NCBI GenBank assembly: GCA_951406725.2
Contig: OX597817.1
Span: forward strand, 60,636,001-60,700,000
Reading direction: 5' to 3'
Length of the DNA stretch: 64,000 nt
Source: Octopus vulgaris
Lineage: Eukaryota
A program made the position numbers and the translations under genes. The notes beneath the pieces were generated by a model. It made no database searches, had not been told where the DNA came from, and was given only the letters and a program-made list of their open reading frames with translations. Below, in pieces: positions 13,725 to 26,821 of the stretch (position 1 is the stretch's first letter; each line of letters opens with the position of its first letter).

Positions 13725-13757
13725 TAGTAGTAGTAGTAGTAGTAGTAGTAGTAGGAA

Positions 13758-13798
<41 letters not shown>

Positions 13799-13999
13799 AT
13801 AATAATAATAACCAGGATAGTATTAGATAGTTGAAAAGAACGGATAACATGGTACCGTGGGCTGCAGGTGGCAAGCCTGCTGCGCACGCAAGACTCCCGG
13901 AGCTCCAACAAAACTTGTGATAAAGAGAAATAATAATAAGAAGAACAATAGTAATGATTTCATTTGTTTTTGTCATCGGGTTCGAATGATGAGGGGGAC

Positions 14000-14740
14000 A
14001 ATACAAAGACAGGCACAAAGTGTTGGGTCTACTAATAATGAAATGATAAAATAAATGAATAAATAGCAAAAAAAAAGTGAATGTATAGACAATATACAAT
14101 GAAAAGGAAGGGAAATATACAAAGGAGGGGGATGATAGTGATGTAGTCCTTGTAATACAGGATGACCTCTAGGGATAATCGAGGAAGCCCACCGTCCAAG
14201 ATCTTCCTAAATATCAAGGGCAAATGCCCTCTCCAATTCCTTCTCTCCGACTCACAGATCCACTCTTGCCATTTCCACAACTTTCACCACCTTCCAATAA
14301 ACTCACTCTAGGGCAGTACTTCCCTCTCCACTCTCAATTTCCTTTTTCAAGTGAAACTTGAAGAAGTCAATGAGAGCTCGACCAAGGAGGGGAATACCTG
14401 TTTTCGTGTCTTTCAGCATCGTCCACCAGACAACATTTTTCGCTACTGCCACCAGGCAAAGGAAAACTGCTTTGCTTACCCTATTAAAGGAGGGCAGCGG
14501 GGGCAACCATCACTATGGACTCGATCGATCGACGGATTCGGTCCCACATGTGACAGCAGCTGTTCGACATAACCCCACGAGTCCACTATGCCCGGACACT
14601 GAAGGAGTGTGCGCAGAGCGGTTTCGTTACTCGTCACGCACCTCAGACTAACCCATCTGACAGCGCACCCGTGCCCGTAGGGTTTATCTCGAACCAGTAG
14701 CGCCCCCCACCCACGGTAGCACTGGCAGGCCAAGGACAAT
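14000..14740 (-). mobile_element. 3' portion of a Tx1/L1-clade LINE, decayed
   Basis: SLACQCYRG..ALLVRDKPYGHG...LRC.TSNETAL.TLLQCP (degenerate CCHC knuckle); FLCLVAVAKNVVWWT...LIDFFKFHLKK; AT-rich 3' UTR. Confidence 0.75.
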
Positions 14741-15105
14741 GATAAAGCATTATCGCCGCTCGCATTATCGTCATCATCTTGATCATCACCACTATCATCG
14801 CCATCGTCGTCATAATCATCATTCATCGAGGGAATAAAGATATGCTAAGTCATAGCAATGCCATCCAGTCATCCATTATTCATTCTTCACTTCAAAACGT
14901 AATCTACGAAGACGTCAGAGAAGGGGGTGCGCTTGGGTTTCTTAAATGAAGATTAGGAATTGATAAAAGACGGTGACTTCTTATCTCGCATTAAAAAAAG
15001 TCGGCATTTCTTAGCTGCATATAAACATTATATTGAAATATGCTCATAACACACGCACACATACATACATACATACATACATACATACATACATACATAC
15101 ATACA

Positions 15106-15138
<33 letters not shown>

Positions 15139-15178
15139 TTATAAATATGTATGTAAGTATATGCATATATATATATAC

Positions 15179-15226
<48 letters not shown>

Positions 15227-15345
15227 GTGTGTGTGGTTATAAATAAGAGAATGTAAATGTTAGCTTTAAAAAAACATTTTGAGATAAAGCTGAAGGCTGC
15301 CTTCGATATTTTCTAGAAGTTATTGTTATATATGCTTTGAAACGT

Positions 15346-15405
<60 letters not shown>

Positions 15406-15430
15406 TATGTGTGTGTGTGTATATATATGC

Positions 15431-15519
<89 letters not shown>

Positions 15520-16386
15520 TATTATTCATATTACTACATGATTGAACGCCATGCATCCATTTCGAAGTAAGGTTATCTTAAACATTTTTATGCGACTCTA
15601 CCCTGTACTGTTCTCTCTCTCCTCCTTTCGTTTCTCTCTCTTTCTTTCTCTAATTCTTGTTTCTCCCCTTCACCGTTTTCTCCCTCTCCCTCTCTCTTTC
15701 TCCTTTACTTTCCCTCTCTCTCTCTCGCTGCTCACACGTGAACATCGTCCATCTTTCTTTACCTCACGTGATCATCTTTCTTTTCTTTCTGTCTGTCTTA
15801 CAGACCAGACGCATTCTTATCTGCCTCCTGTTCTATCTTTTCTCTTGTCAAAGATAATATTCCTCCAGCATTCGCTATCTTACCTCATCTGGCCCAGCGG
15901 CCCTCCATGTTTGTTTTCGTTTAGTTTGTTGTATGTCTTCACCGTCTTCTTTGACCCTCCGCAAATACCAAATTTTATTTTGGCTTTTATGGGAGCAACT
16001 GCATTTCGAAGCCTCATATTGTCGTTAATTGCTCGAAACGAGGAGTAGATGGACAGCTGACAACTGATGAAGGGTCGTTCTTTATGTTACTTGTCTTGTT
16101 TTCCATTTGTTTCTCTTGTTTGCATACCCAAGTTTGTCTTCGTATTTCATGTTTACGTTTTGTGACAACCTCTACCCATATACGTGTGTGTATCGTTGGT
16201 GATTTTCTTCCTCTGTCTTCCCTTCTTTTGTACTTACCTCTATTTCTGAAGAATAGCTTTGCTCGAAACATAAGATCCTTTTCTTTCCTCTCCTGAGCAT
16301 CTGATAATACAGTACTTGTACCACGTCCTCACGTTATTGTTTTTTCTTGTTTGTTCTTCTTTGTTTGGATTCACTATATATATATA

Positions 16387-16465
16387 TCTTTATATATATA
16401 AAACTGAGAATGTGTGTCTGTCTGTCTATCTGTCTGTCTGTTATATATATAAAACTGAGAATGTG

Positions 16466-16496
<31 letters not shown>

Positions 16497-17180
16497 GTGT
16501 TTCCCTAAAACTTGAGAACTACACAACCAATTTCATTCAAATTTCACTCATGCCTTACTTAGGGTCCATGTAGTTTCATGGGCAAAAAAAGAAGTTCAAC
16601 TTCTTGCCTAGAGCGAGCCCATAGCAATATCATATCTTCTCCACTATTTCAGTATTACGTGTTAAAAGTGAAACAAAAACATTTCTCTATTTTATGTCAG
16701 ATGCTTTCACTTTAACAATAAAAATAATAATAACAATTGAATTATATGTAGTAAGTAATAATTAAAATCAAACTAAAGTATAATATAATCGTAACATAAC
16801 AAAAGTTAAAATAGCAATTGGTATAAAATTACATCAATGATTTGAACTTGAATAAGTGGTTTCACATGAATGGGAATAAATTAAAGATAAAATTAGCATG
16901 CAGAAATGGAATAGTCCAGATGGATAATAAAACATTAAATTAAAGAAAAGACTATTGTCTATAAAGTATACAATGTAGAGAAAAAAGAAGAGCTAGCAAT
17001 TCCAGTCTGTTATATATTTTGAGTATTGTTATCACTAGCGATATCAAGATATAACTTTGTATTTTGCATTTTATGTGTAGATGTATATATATAGATGTAC
17101 AAGTAATATGTACACATATATATACACATATATACATGCACTAGCACTATGACCCGGCAACGACGGGTCTTTAATGCTAG
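16387..17180 (+). mobile_element. Non-autonomous Helitron
   Basis: 5' TC followed by (TA)n AAAA and a (GTCT)n tract; 3' hairpin gacccgg-caacga-cgggtc (17151-17169) then CTAG (17177-17180); A^T target. Confidence 0.8.
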
Positions 17181-17190
17181 TATATATATA

Positions 17191-17400
17191 ACGGGAATCT
17201 TTATGAAAATAAACAAAAGACGAAGGCAGGTGGAATACAAACAAACAATTGTATTAGTATGGTGCTCAGGAATATAAATAAAACAAGTCTTTTACGTTTC
17301 GAGCCTACGCTCTTCAACAGAAAGATACACAGAAAAGAAACACAGAAAGAAACAAGGAGAGAAAAAAAATGCGTGCAGAGGCTAGCGAATCAACATGGCG
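17191..17400 (-). mobile_element. ~200-bp hammerhead-motif repeat (family H), flanked by a 17-bp direct repeat
   Basis: atgctagtatatatata at 17174-17190 and 17401-17417; homologous copies at ~31003-31188, ~32160-32350, ~43127-43324 and ~43792-43995. Confidence 0.8.
17288..17325 (-). ncRNA. Minimal type I hammerhead-ribozyme-like motif (variant core)
   Basis: TCTTT-CTGTTGA-A-GAG-cgtagg-CTC-GAAA-CG-TA-AAAGA: helix I 5 bp, helix II 3 bp, palindromic ACGT helix III; core departs from CUGANGA. Confidence 0.5.
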
Positions 17401-17533
17401 ATGCTAGTATATATATATATCACGTGATCACGTGACCGACCAGACCATCAGATGTTGTTACACATCGCTGGTCACAATGCGTTCGCATTGTTTTAGCCTT
17501 CGAATGACGCCACCCCGCTGGCTAAGCGAGCAG

Positions 17534-17597
<64 letters not shown>

Positions 17598-17634
17598 CAT
17601 ACACACACACATATGTGTATGGAAATGTAAATGA

Positions 17635-17671
<37 letters not shown>

Positions 17672-17725
17672 CATAAATACATACATATATATTTATGGGA
17701 ATTCATATATGTGTGTATATATGCT

Positions 17726-17773
<48 letters not shown>

Positions 17774-18168
17774 AGAGAGAGAATGGTAGAAAATTTACAT
17801 GTTTTAGATATATTTGCTGGTGTTTATTATACTACAATCTAAATGATTGATGCATATCCTTCACTTTATACGCGTGTTATGTATGTTTATATAAAATGCA
17901 TCCGTAGAAAAAAGAAAAGTTGCAAATATGTTGTTAAGTGTGTCTGCATATTTGTTCGAATCTGCAAAAAAATATTTAGTCGATTTTTCGATATACGAGA
18001 CAAGCGCATGCGCATTCACATACAAACACGTACGCAAATATCAACAGTTATTACAGCTATGCATGTGTGTGCACCATTTGTGTGAGCATGTATGTGAGTG
18101 TTTACATAATTTTTGAATGCTCATATACATACGTATACATACATACGTATACATACATACATACATAC

Positions 18169-18240
<72 letters not shown>

Positions 18241-18499
18241 CTTCGCATACTTATACTGCGCGCGAGTATTTATGTACGTATATATTTATATCTGAATATC
18301 CGTAAATATAGAAACCATTATCATTTCTATTGCGAGAAATATGTTTAATTTATGAGTCGCCGCTGCGGGACATCACCTGTCGACAAAAGATTGCGATGAT
18401 TTCAGCACCTCCATGCAACCTCACACCACACTCCACCTTCACTCCGTTTGATGAATAGGTCTACATTCGCATCATAGGTATCATGTATATATATATACA

Positions 18500-18552
<53 letters not shown>

Positions 18553-18823
18553 GTATGCGTGTATATATATATATATATATGCACACCTTATGCAAGTATA
18601 TGTGTGTGCGTATAAAGGTATGCACATCCTGTGTAAGTAGATGTGTGTGCTTATATGCATTAACACGTGTGTGTATGTCTGCGAGTCCTTGAACGTGTGT
18701 ACGTCTCATCTGTAAACCCAAGAGGAGACACGTTCGAACATGCATAAGCTTATACACGTACACGCTCACACATTGGCATACGGAGATACACACACACACA
18801 CGTGATATGATATAATGATATAT

Positions 18824-18987
18824 AGGCACAGGCGTGGCTGTGTGGTAAAAAGCTTGCTTACCAACCACATGGTTCCGGGGTTCAGTCCCACTGCGTGGCA
18901 TCTTGGGCAGGTGTCTTCTACTATAACCTCGAGCCGACCAAAACCTTGTGAGTGGATTTGGTGGACGGAAACTGAAAGATGCTCGTC

Positions 18988-19054
<67 letters not shown>

Positions 19055-19299
19055 CATGAATGTATGTATGTATGTATATTTATGTGTGTGTCTTTGTGTC
19101 TGTGTTTGTCACCCCACCATCGCTTGACAACCGATGCTGGTGTGTTTAAATCCCCGTAACGTAGCGGTTCGGCAAAAGAGACCGATAGAATAAGTACTTG
19201 TCTTACAAAGAATAAGTCCTGGGGTTGTTTTGTTCGACTAAAGGTGGTGCTCCAGCATGGCAGCAATCAAATGGCTGAAACGTGTAAAAGAGTAAAAGA

Positions 19300-19300
<1 letters not shown>
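18824..19300 (+). mobile_element. SINE family B, full length (tRNA head, CORE-like segment, internal (TA)n, LINE-like tail)
   Basis: A box tggctgtgtgg, B box ggttcagtccc, cttgggcaggtgtcttctact, internal (TA)n at 18990-19047, tail ccagcatggcagcaatcaaatggctgaaac. Confidence 0.9.
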
Positions 19301-19335
<35 letters not shown>

Positions 19336-19538
19336 GTTAAAGAGGACAACAAACGTTAAAGCTAGGCAAACATCTCGAGTCATATATATTATTGTTATTG
19401 GAAAAAATTCAAAGTCTTACAGTTGTTTCTGGGTTATCCCCGAGTATAGGATCACGGCTATAAATATGGAGCCCTAGTAATCCGTTACAGCACTTACCTC
19501 ACCTACCTAATCGTTCAGATCACCTGTGAATTAAATCC

Positions 19539-19590
<52 letters not shown>

Positions 19591-19596
<6 letters not shown>

Positions 19597-19755
19597 CGTT
19601 TTCTATGTTTTTGGTTTTTGTTTTCGTTTCTCATTGTGTTCAACGTTTTTTGATGTCCCGTACACATATATGTATGTATATATACATATAAATGCAGGTA
19701 TGTACATATATATGTATATATGCATATATTTATATATTATATATATATATGCATA

Positions 19756-19812
<57 letters not shown>

Positions 19813-19973
19813 CGTTTTCTATGTTTTTGGTTTTTGTTTTCGTTTCTCATTGTGTTCAACGTTTTTTGATGTCCCGTACACATATATGTATGTATATATA
19901 CATATAAATGCAGGTATGTACATATATGTATGTATATATGCATATATTTATATATTATATATATATATGCATA

Positions 19974-19980
<7 letters not shown>
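19591..19980. repeat. Tandem duplication of a ~215-bp unit bounded by (TA)n
   Basis: atagttcgttttctatgtttttgg...aaatgcaggtatgtac... starts at ~19591 and ~19807, nearly identical. Confidence 0.9.
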
Positions 19981-20022
<42 letters not shown>

Positions 20023-20239
20023 CAGGTTTTATGTCTCCCATCGTCTGCTGGTTGACCTGGGGTTATATAGTTGACTACATTTGTCCAAGTTGCTCTCTGT
20101 ACCACGCGGTTGTAAATCAATTTCTTTAAACACACATCACTTCTTCCATCTTATTCGTATATAGTTATGATCACACACGCATACGTATGTTCATACACAC
20201 ACATTCATGCTCGTACATTAGTATAGGTACTGTTTTGTG

Positions 20240-20465
20240 TCCTAGGAGTCGTAGGGTTAGTTACCCGGGGTCCGTGGCACAAAAGTAGCCAATATCACAG
20301 CATTACCCCTCTGGGAGGTGGGGTGTCTGTCCGTCGCAGATTTACTCATTTACACCTGAGTGAACTGTAATATGAAATGTGTTGTTCGCGAACACAACGC
20401 ACCACTGGACGCTGGAATCGAAACGGCGATCTCGTGATAGTGAGTTCAACACCATAAGCTTCACG
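20240..20465 (-). mobile_element. SINE family C, degenerate
   Basis: ctgagtgaactg...gaacacaacgcaccac...ggaatcgaa is the reverse complement of a tRNA head plus gtgttgtgttc core. Confidence 0.6.
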
Positions 20466-20894
20466 TGTATCACTGTAAGTTGTATAAAATATATATTAAT
20501 CGTATTTGCAGCTGCTCACATTTGTTGGTTTCTCTGTACTTTAAATGCGTAAAGCGATATTACTCATCTCACTGCCACGGTGACCCTACCGTCAGACGTT
20601 TGAATATCATTTGATAGCGTTTACTAAACGAAGCACAGCTGGTTAGTGAAACAAGCCACACTGATTGCTCTTTCACTAGTTAAAACGAAATAACGCCAAG
20701 GATTATTTTAATCTGAATTTATCATTAAATTATGGTTAAGCCATCAGCCGAAATTTAAATTAATTGGTCAGACTTATTTCTGAAGATTGCAAAAGAATTC
20801 GGCGGAGACTTTTCACAGAGCGTCTTATCTGTTCTGTAAATGATTCCGTTTGAAAGGCAAAGCCTTAGAATAACGAGAGATAAATATATCTCTT

Positions 20895-21122
20895 ATATTT
20901 CACTTGTTTCAGTCATTAGACTGCGGCCATGCTGGAGCACCGCCCTGGGGAATTTTTAGTCGAATGGATTAACCTCTATATTTTATTTTTAGTCTATTCA
21001 ATCGGACGCTTTTGCCGGACCGCTAAGTTACAGGGATGCAAATACAGCCGTGGTTAAGTGGTGGTTGAGAATAAGCACAGACACAAACATACACTCACGC
21101 ACGCGCGCACACACACATACGC

Positions 21123-21176
<54 letters not shown>

Positions 21177-21340
21177 CGCATATGTATGTGAATGGTTTCT
21201 TTCATTTTCCGTCGACCAAATCCACTCAAAAGGCTTTGGTCGACCCAATACTGTAGTATAAGACACTTGTCGAAGGTAACACGCAGTGAGACTGAACCCG
21301 GAACCAAGTGGTTGGGAAGCTTCTTACATCACAGACACGT
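20895..21340 (-). mobile_element. SINE family B
   Basis: ttgtttcagtcattagactgcggccatgctggagcaccgcc...(CA)n...ccaaatccactca..actgaacccggaacca. Confidence 0.85.
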
Positions 21341-21649
21341 CTCAAATAAACAACAGAACAAAAGCAAGAAAGGCTTCTTCAATAGTTTTTCGTTTGTAAT
21401 ATAGCAGAAAAAAGTGGAGCGGTAATTTGGCAGAATCGTTAGCATGTCGAGCAAAATTCTGTTCGCTCATCTTCATGGTTTGAGTTCAAATTTGACGTTT
21501 GAGTGTTCAGGTTTTTTTCTTTTTGTCGAACGACCTGCGCAAATGATTCGTTTATCGTGATCGGATGCATGTGCTGTACGTTAGCTCACTCTCTCCATCA
21601 AACCGGCGTTGTCTGAACAAGAGCACGGTAACACACACACACACACACA

Positions 21650-21686
<37 letters not shown>

Positions 21687-21689
21687 TAC

Positions 21690-22740
21690 AATCTCATGGA
21701 ATTTGGAATTTGGAATCGAGAAATGTGGTGTAATGATTCTTAAAAGTGGGGAAAATCATTAAAAGCCATGAGAGGAATTATATAAGTACCTGGGTATCAG
21801 TGAAAGAGATAAGATGAATGAAAACAAGATGAATGAAAACAAGATGAAAGAAATGTACAGTAAAGAGTATTTGAGGTGAACTCGGCTTGTGCTCCAATCG
21901 AAGCTAAGTGGCCGCTATAAGATTAGAACACTTAACACGTGGGCAGTTGCTTTGATAAGATATGGGGCAAGAATAGTATCATGGAAGAAGCATGAATTAC
22001 AAGAGATAGACCGGAGAACATCTAAATCAATGACAATGAGCAAGGAACTACACCCCAAGAATGATGTGTCAAGATTGTATGTAAAGAAGGAGGACGGGGA
22101 TTGTGTGTTGTGAAGGTCGTGTAAGGGAAGAGGAGAATAACTTGGCTTGGTATGTCAAGGGGAGTAGAGGAGAAATGTCCACTGGCTGTTGTGCAGTAAA
22201 GCAAACCTCGAGAGAGCCGAACAATGGTATGAATACAAGCTAGAGGGAGTAATGGAAAACGAATATTACAAAATATTCTAGGATTTTAACATGCAGTGCG
22301 ACCGAGTCGTAGAGGTGAGACGACCAGATACCGTGCTCATCCATAAAGGTGAAAAAGAAGTAAGATAATAGATGTTGCAATACCAGGCGATTCGAGAGTG
22401 AAATGTAAGAAAACTGAAAAGATTGAGAAATACCAGCCACTGCAAGACGAGATAGGAAAGTTATGGGGCATGAGGAAAGTAATGGTGATACCTTGTGGTA
22501 ATTGGAGCATTAGGAGCAGTTTCCAAAGACATATTAAGAATATTGGAGCTGCTGTCTTTGAAAAACACATGAAGAATATTGGAGCTGCTGTTAGGCTCGA
22601 GGTGATCCAGAAGACGGCATTGTTGGGTACAGCTTGCATTAGAAGACACTACTTGAAACCTTTGGTGATTTGTTATTGCCTGCTTTCAAGTAAAGAATTA
22701 CCGGTAATTAAGAACTATTCGAGAGTCTTTCAGAATAACA
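21690..22740 (+). mobile_element. Decayed R4/Dong-clade non-LTR retrotransposon
   Basis: LEFGIEKC, YKYLG, LQSKLSGRYKIRTLNTWAV, HPKNDVSRLYV, RRPD, EKIEKYQPL..EI.KLWGM, IQKTALLGTA; ends in degenerate (TAA)n. Confidence 0.88.
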
Positions 22741-22859
22741 ACAATAAGAATAATATAAGTATAGTAATAATTGTTAAACTATAGTAGTGAACTAGTAAAT
22801 GATAAGATAGGGGTTATAGTAGTAATAGTGACTGTATAACCAAGTAAATAATTAGTCAG

Positions 22860-23250
22860 AATGATTAACAAGTGGAGTTGTGAAACCGTCAACGGCGACT
22901 AAATCGGCAACCCCACTAAGCTTGCTTGGTGAGAAGGAAACCGGGTAACTCACAGCATATTTTGCTGGGTATGAAGGAAAGTGCCAGCTGTCCACAGCCA
23001 GCAGAATAAGGTGACACTTGTTTATTGGTCATGTTTCAAGAACCCTGTGAAGAATTCTTGCAGTTCAAAGCAATGCTGATTTTTGTAGGTGTTCTACCTT
23101 CACAATTGTACCGATCTTTTTCTGCCATATTGATAGTTGTGTGCTAATACTTCCAAGACCACCAATTACTATTGGCGTCACGTCTACTCTCTTCATTGAC
23201 CACAACCATCGTATTTCTCACTTTTAAACCGTCATAGTTGTTTAAATTTC
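22860..23250 (-). mobile_element. 3' fragment of an R4/Dong-clade retrotransposon, tail-to-tail with the previous element
   Basis: Minus strand reads LWSMKRVDVTPIVIGGLGSI...VEHLQKSALL*TARILHRVLET*; (TAA)n array immediately 5' at 23275-23371. Confidence 0.8.
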
Positions 23251-23272
23251 CCACTTTAAATCGTCATAGTTG

Positions 23273-23372
<100 letters not shown>

Positions 23373-23966
23373 CCTTCTTATATCATATATGTGTGTATTT
23401 ATGTGAGTATATGTATGTATATATACACAAGGAATATCAACCAAATCTTTTCTGAATGCCATCTTGTTATCCTAAAAAAACAACTCAGATTTGGCGCGAT
23501 TATCGTCAGATCCCCTGCACGCGAGATAAACGCTAATGATCACAGCTAGAATCCTATTGATCTTATACAATTCAATTCGATCAGCGTTGATCTGGGCTAA
23601 ACATCATTGTGTCATTGTTAATCATTACTAGTTGGGCTTGTTGGACATCTGTCTGTGTGTCTCATGATCGGCTGCCTCTCTTGTAAATTCTGGTCTGACG
23701 AATTCCCAATTTACTAATGTTTAAAACTTAATAAAAATCTTTCTTGGACTTACACCCTGACAAAGACGAACGCGTATAGGAGCAGACATACAGACAAACA
23801 GAGAGACAGAGAGACAGAGGTGTAGACAGACAGACAGACTAACATACACTCATTCACGGACACGCACTCACTGACACAAGCACAGCGAGACAGACACAGA
23901 CACATAAATGTTTGATGGCAGAAACAGAATTATTTTCAGTATTCAAGAGTATGCCTCTGTGTGCGT

Positions 23967-24023
<57 letters not shown>

Positions 24024-25289
24024 TGTGAGTATTTTTCATTTAGCTGCCAAACTTTATAAGTGGATCAAGGTCCTGGAGTTTCGTACATCGCACTGATCGA
24101 ACTAGGCTGTTAATTGCACCACAGATACATACATGCATACATAAATACACACACATACATACACACACGCACACGCACACGCACACACACACACATACAC
24201 ACACACTCACACGGAGTGAGTTAGACAAAAGAGAGAGGCGAGAAAAATACATGCATACTTAACGCGTATATGCGCTTCTTTCCTCAGGTACAAATGTAAC
24301 AAACAACAACAACAACAACAAAAAGGCTAAAAACAAAATCCTAGAAAATGTCGGTGCATTTTTTCAGATGGAACGCAAGGCCGCAATAATATCTTTTACG
24401 GACGGAATCGTTCACGTTTCACTGTCGCAAACATCACAACTGACCAGGTGACCGTTCTTTATCCTGAAACTGGATCATCTTCATTATATCAACCAATGAT
24501 TAAGCCTCGGCTGATATAATTATCAGGGTGACTGAAACATTCACAAACAATCTCTCTTCCAATTCATTAACGTAAGAGTACATATGAATGGGGCTGAAAG
24601 TACTCTAATGGAACATGGAATCTAAAAATACTAATGAGTCGAATTCCCAATCCGGTTAAGCCATTTCATGTTCACTTGGGTCACTTAGCACATGAATATT
24701 TAATGTTTTGCTCGTTCCCTTCCCTAAAACTTCCACGCTTCGAGGACTTATCTGGAGAAGAGACGGATTCTTGTTATGCTGGGCCTAGTGAAGACGTATA
24801 TTCGTTTTTCTATAGAGGAGTTCTTTAGGAAGAAAGCAGCAGGTCTTTTGAGGTTAATGAGAGCGAACTTAATAGATTGAACATCAAAGAGCTGTTTGTT
24901 ATAATGACGAGACGGTGGAGTGTCAGAAACGGTAGCATGCCGCACTAAATCCACTGAAGTATATTTAGCTAAACCGTTTCATATTCCGAGATCGATTCCT
25001 TGCGGTGGTAAATTTGCTATTTGTTTCTCATGCCAGTCATTCGGTATACGCAACCGATGCAGTATTTAATTAAAATAGCCATCTAGGTAGCATACTAAAT
25101 GTATATACACAGCTGATAGGCCAGTTACTGACGTATTTGTCTATAGATAACATATCTTACGAACTTACTATACTAAAAACACAATAATATCAGAGAGAAA
25201 CAAAAGCTCATTCCAGAAGCGGCCAACAAAAGCACCAGAGGTATTTCCGAATAATATTCATGTATTAGTGCATCAATACAAGCAATTAT

Positions 25290-25566
25290 ACTGGTGTTCC
25301 GTCGGTTACGACGAAGATTGTTCCAGTTGTTTCCGATCAACGGAACAGCCTGTTCGTGAAATGAACGAGTAAGTGGCTGAGCATTCCACGACATGAAGTT
25401 CACAAGGATCGAGCGGGTCACAAAGCGTGACAAGGTTGGCTCTTTTGAAGTGTACCTTTACCAGCTGAGTGGACTGGTGCAACGTGAAATAAAGTGTCTT
25501 GCTCAAGGACGTGTGACCATACAATCTTCAGCCGAATACCCTAACCTCTAAGCCACGCACCTTCAC
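25290..25566 (-). mobile_element. SINE family C
   Basis: Reverse complement gtgaaggtgcgtggcttagaggttagggtattcggc...cttgagcaagacactttatttcacgttgcaccagtccactcagctgg; matches 43395-43700. Confidence 0.8.
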
Positions 25567-25684
25567 CCAAGAAATTATGAGAGCGAAAAGGAAAATTCAG
25601 AAAGTAAGAGCAGGTAAATTTGGAACTCATGACCCTAAGACATTCATCTAAGGGTTGCTATTACTATTTAATCCCAAGTTAATA

Positions 25685-25900
25685 TAGCGGCTTGGCAGAA
25701 TCGTTAGTGCGTCGGACAAAATGCTTAACCGCTTTTCTTTCGTTTTTTTTTTTTATGCTAAGAACTCAAATTCCGTCAAGTCGACTTCGTCTTTCATCCT
25801 TTCGAGATCGATAAAGTAAATACCAGTTGAATATTTTTGGGGTCGACGCATTTGGCTTTTCCCTCGCCTCAAAATTGCTGGCCTTGTGCCAAAATTCGAA
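25685..25900 (+). mobile_element. SINE family A (tail variant B)
   Basis: tggcagaatcgttag...tcaaattccgtc..gtcgacttcgtctttcatcctttcg...ggccttgtgccaaaattcgaaa. Confidence 0.75.
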
Positions 25901-25987
25901 AGAATTCCGTTTCTTTAATCTCCTTGACTTGACAATATTAACTAAGATTGATTGAGGAAATCAGATGACTTGAAATCTCATCCATAC

Positions 25988-26021
<34 letters not shown>

Positions 26022-26294
26022 AGAGGAGAGAGAGAAATACAGAGAGAAAGAAATACAGAGAGAAAGAGAAAGTTGAGGGCGGTGGTAGTAGTGGTGGTGG
26101 TGGTGGTGGTGGTAGTGGCATAAATACTGCAATGTGAGGCTTTGCTTATCAAAAATAAAACAAATCAACTTTCCACTAGATTACATGAACGCTGGTTTTA
26201 TTGTAGAATTAGTTTTATTTTGCCTCCAACCGTCACCATCATCATCACCATCACCATCATCATCATCATCATCATCATCATCTTCATCATCATT

Positions 26295-26344
<50 letters not shown>

Positions 26345-26491
26345 AAACATCATCATCATCACCAGTTGTTGTAGCCGAAATAGTACTATTCCTGTTGTTG
26401 CAATTATCATTGACGATAAAATCCCGCGGAGTGTAGAATTCACCTAAAGTAGGTTTATTGTTATAGGAAGTAAACCGAGATGAAGCAATCC

Positions 26492-26532
<41 letters not shown>

Positions 26533-26654
26533 CATGCATATATATGTATATATATACACACACATAAAGATATACAACTATTAGTGGTTTGGAGTTTAGT
26601 TGCTCTTTCTAGTGAGTCGGATGTCCTATTATAGCCATCCCTTATATGTTTGAT

Positions 26655-26692
<38 letters not shown>

Positions 26693-26734
26693 TATATAGA
26701 GATAAAGATATATATATGGATATACATACATACA

Positions 26735-26782
<48 letters not shown>

Positions 26783-26821
26783 CACAAATACATATATATA
26801 TGTATGTGTATATATGTATAT

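Noticed and set aside
24369-24447. Plus-strand exon-like segment (tttttcag|atggaa...ccag|gtgacc)
   Set aside because: Weak donor and no recognisable peptide.
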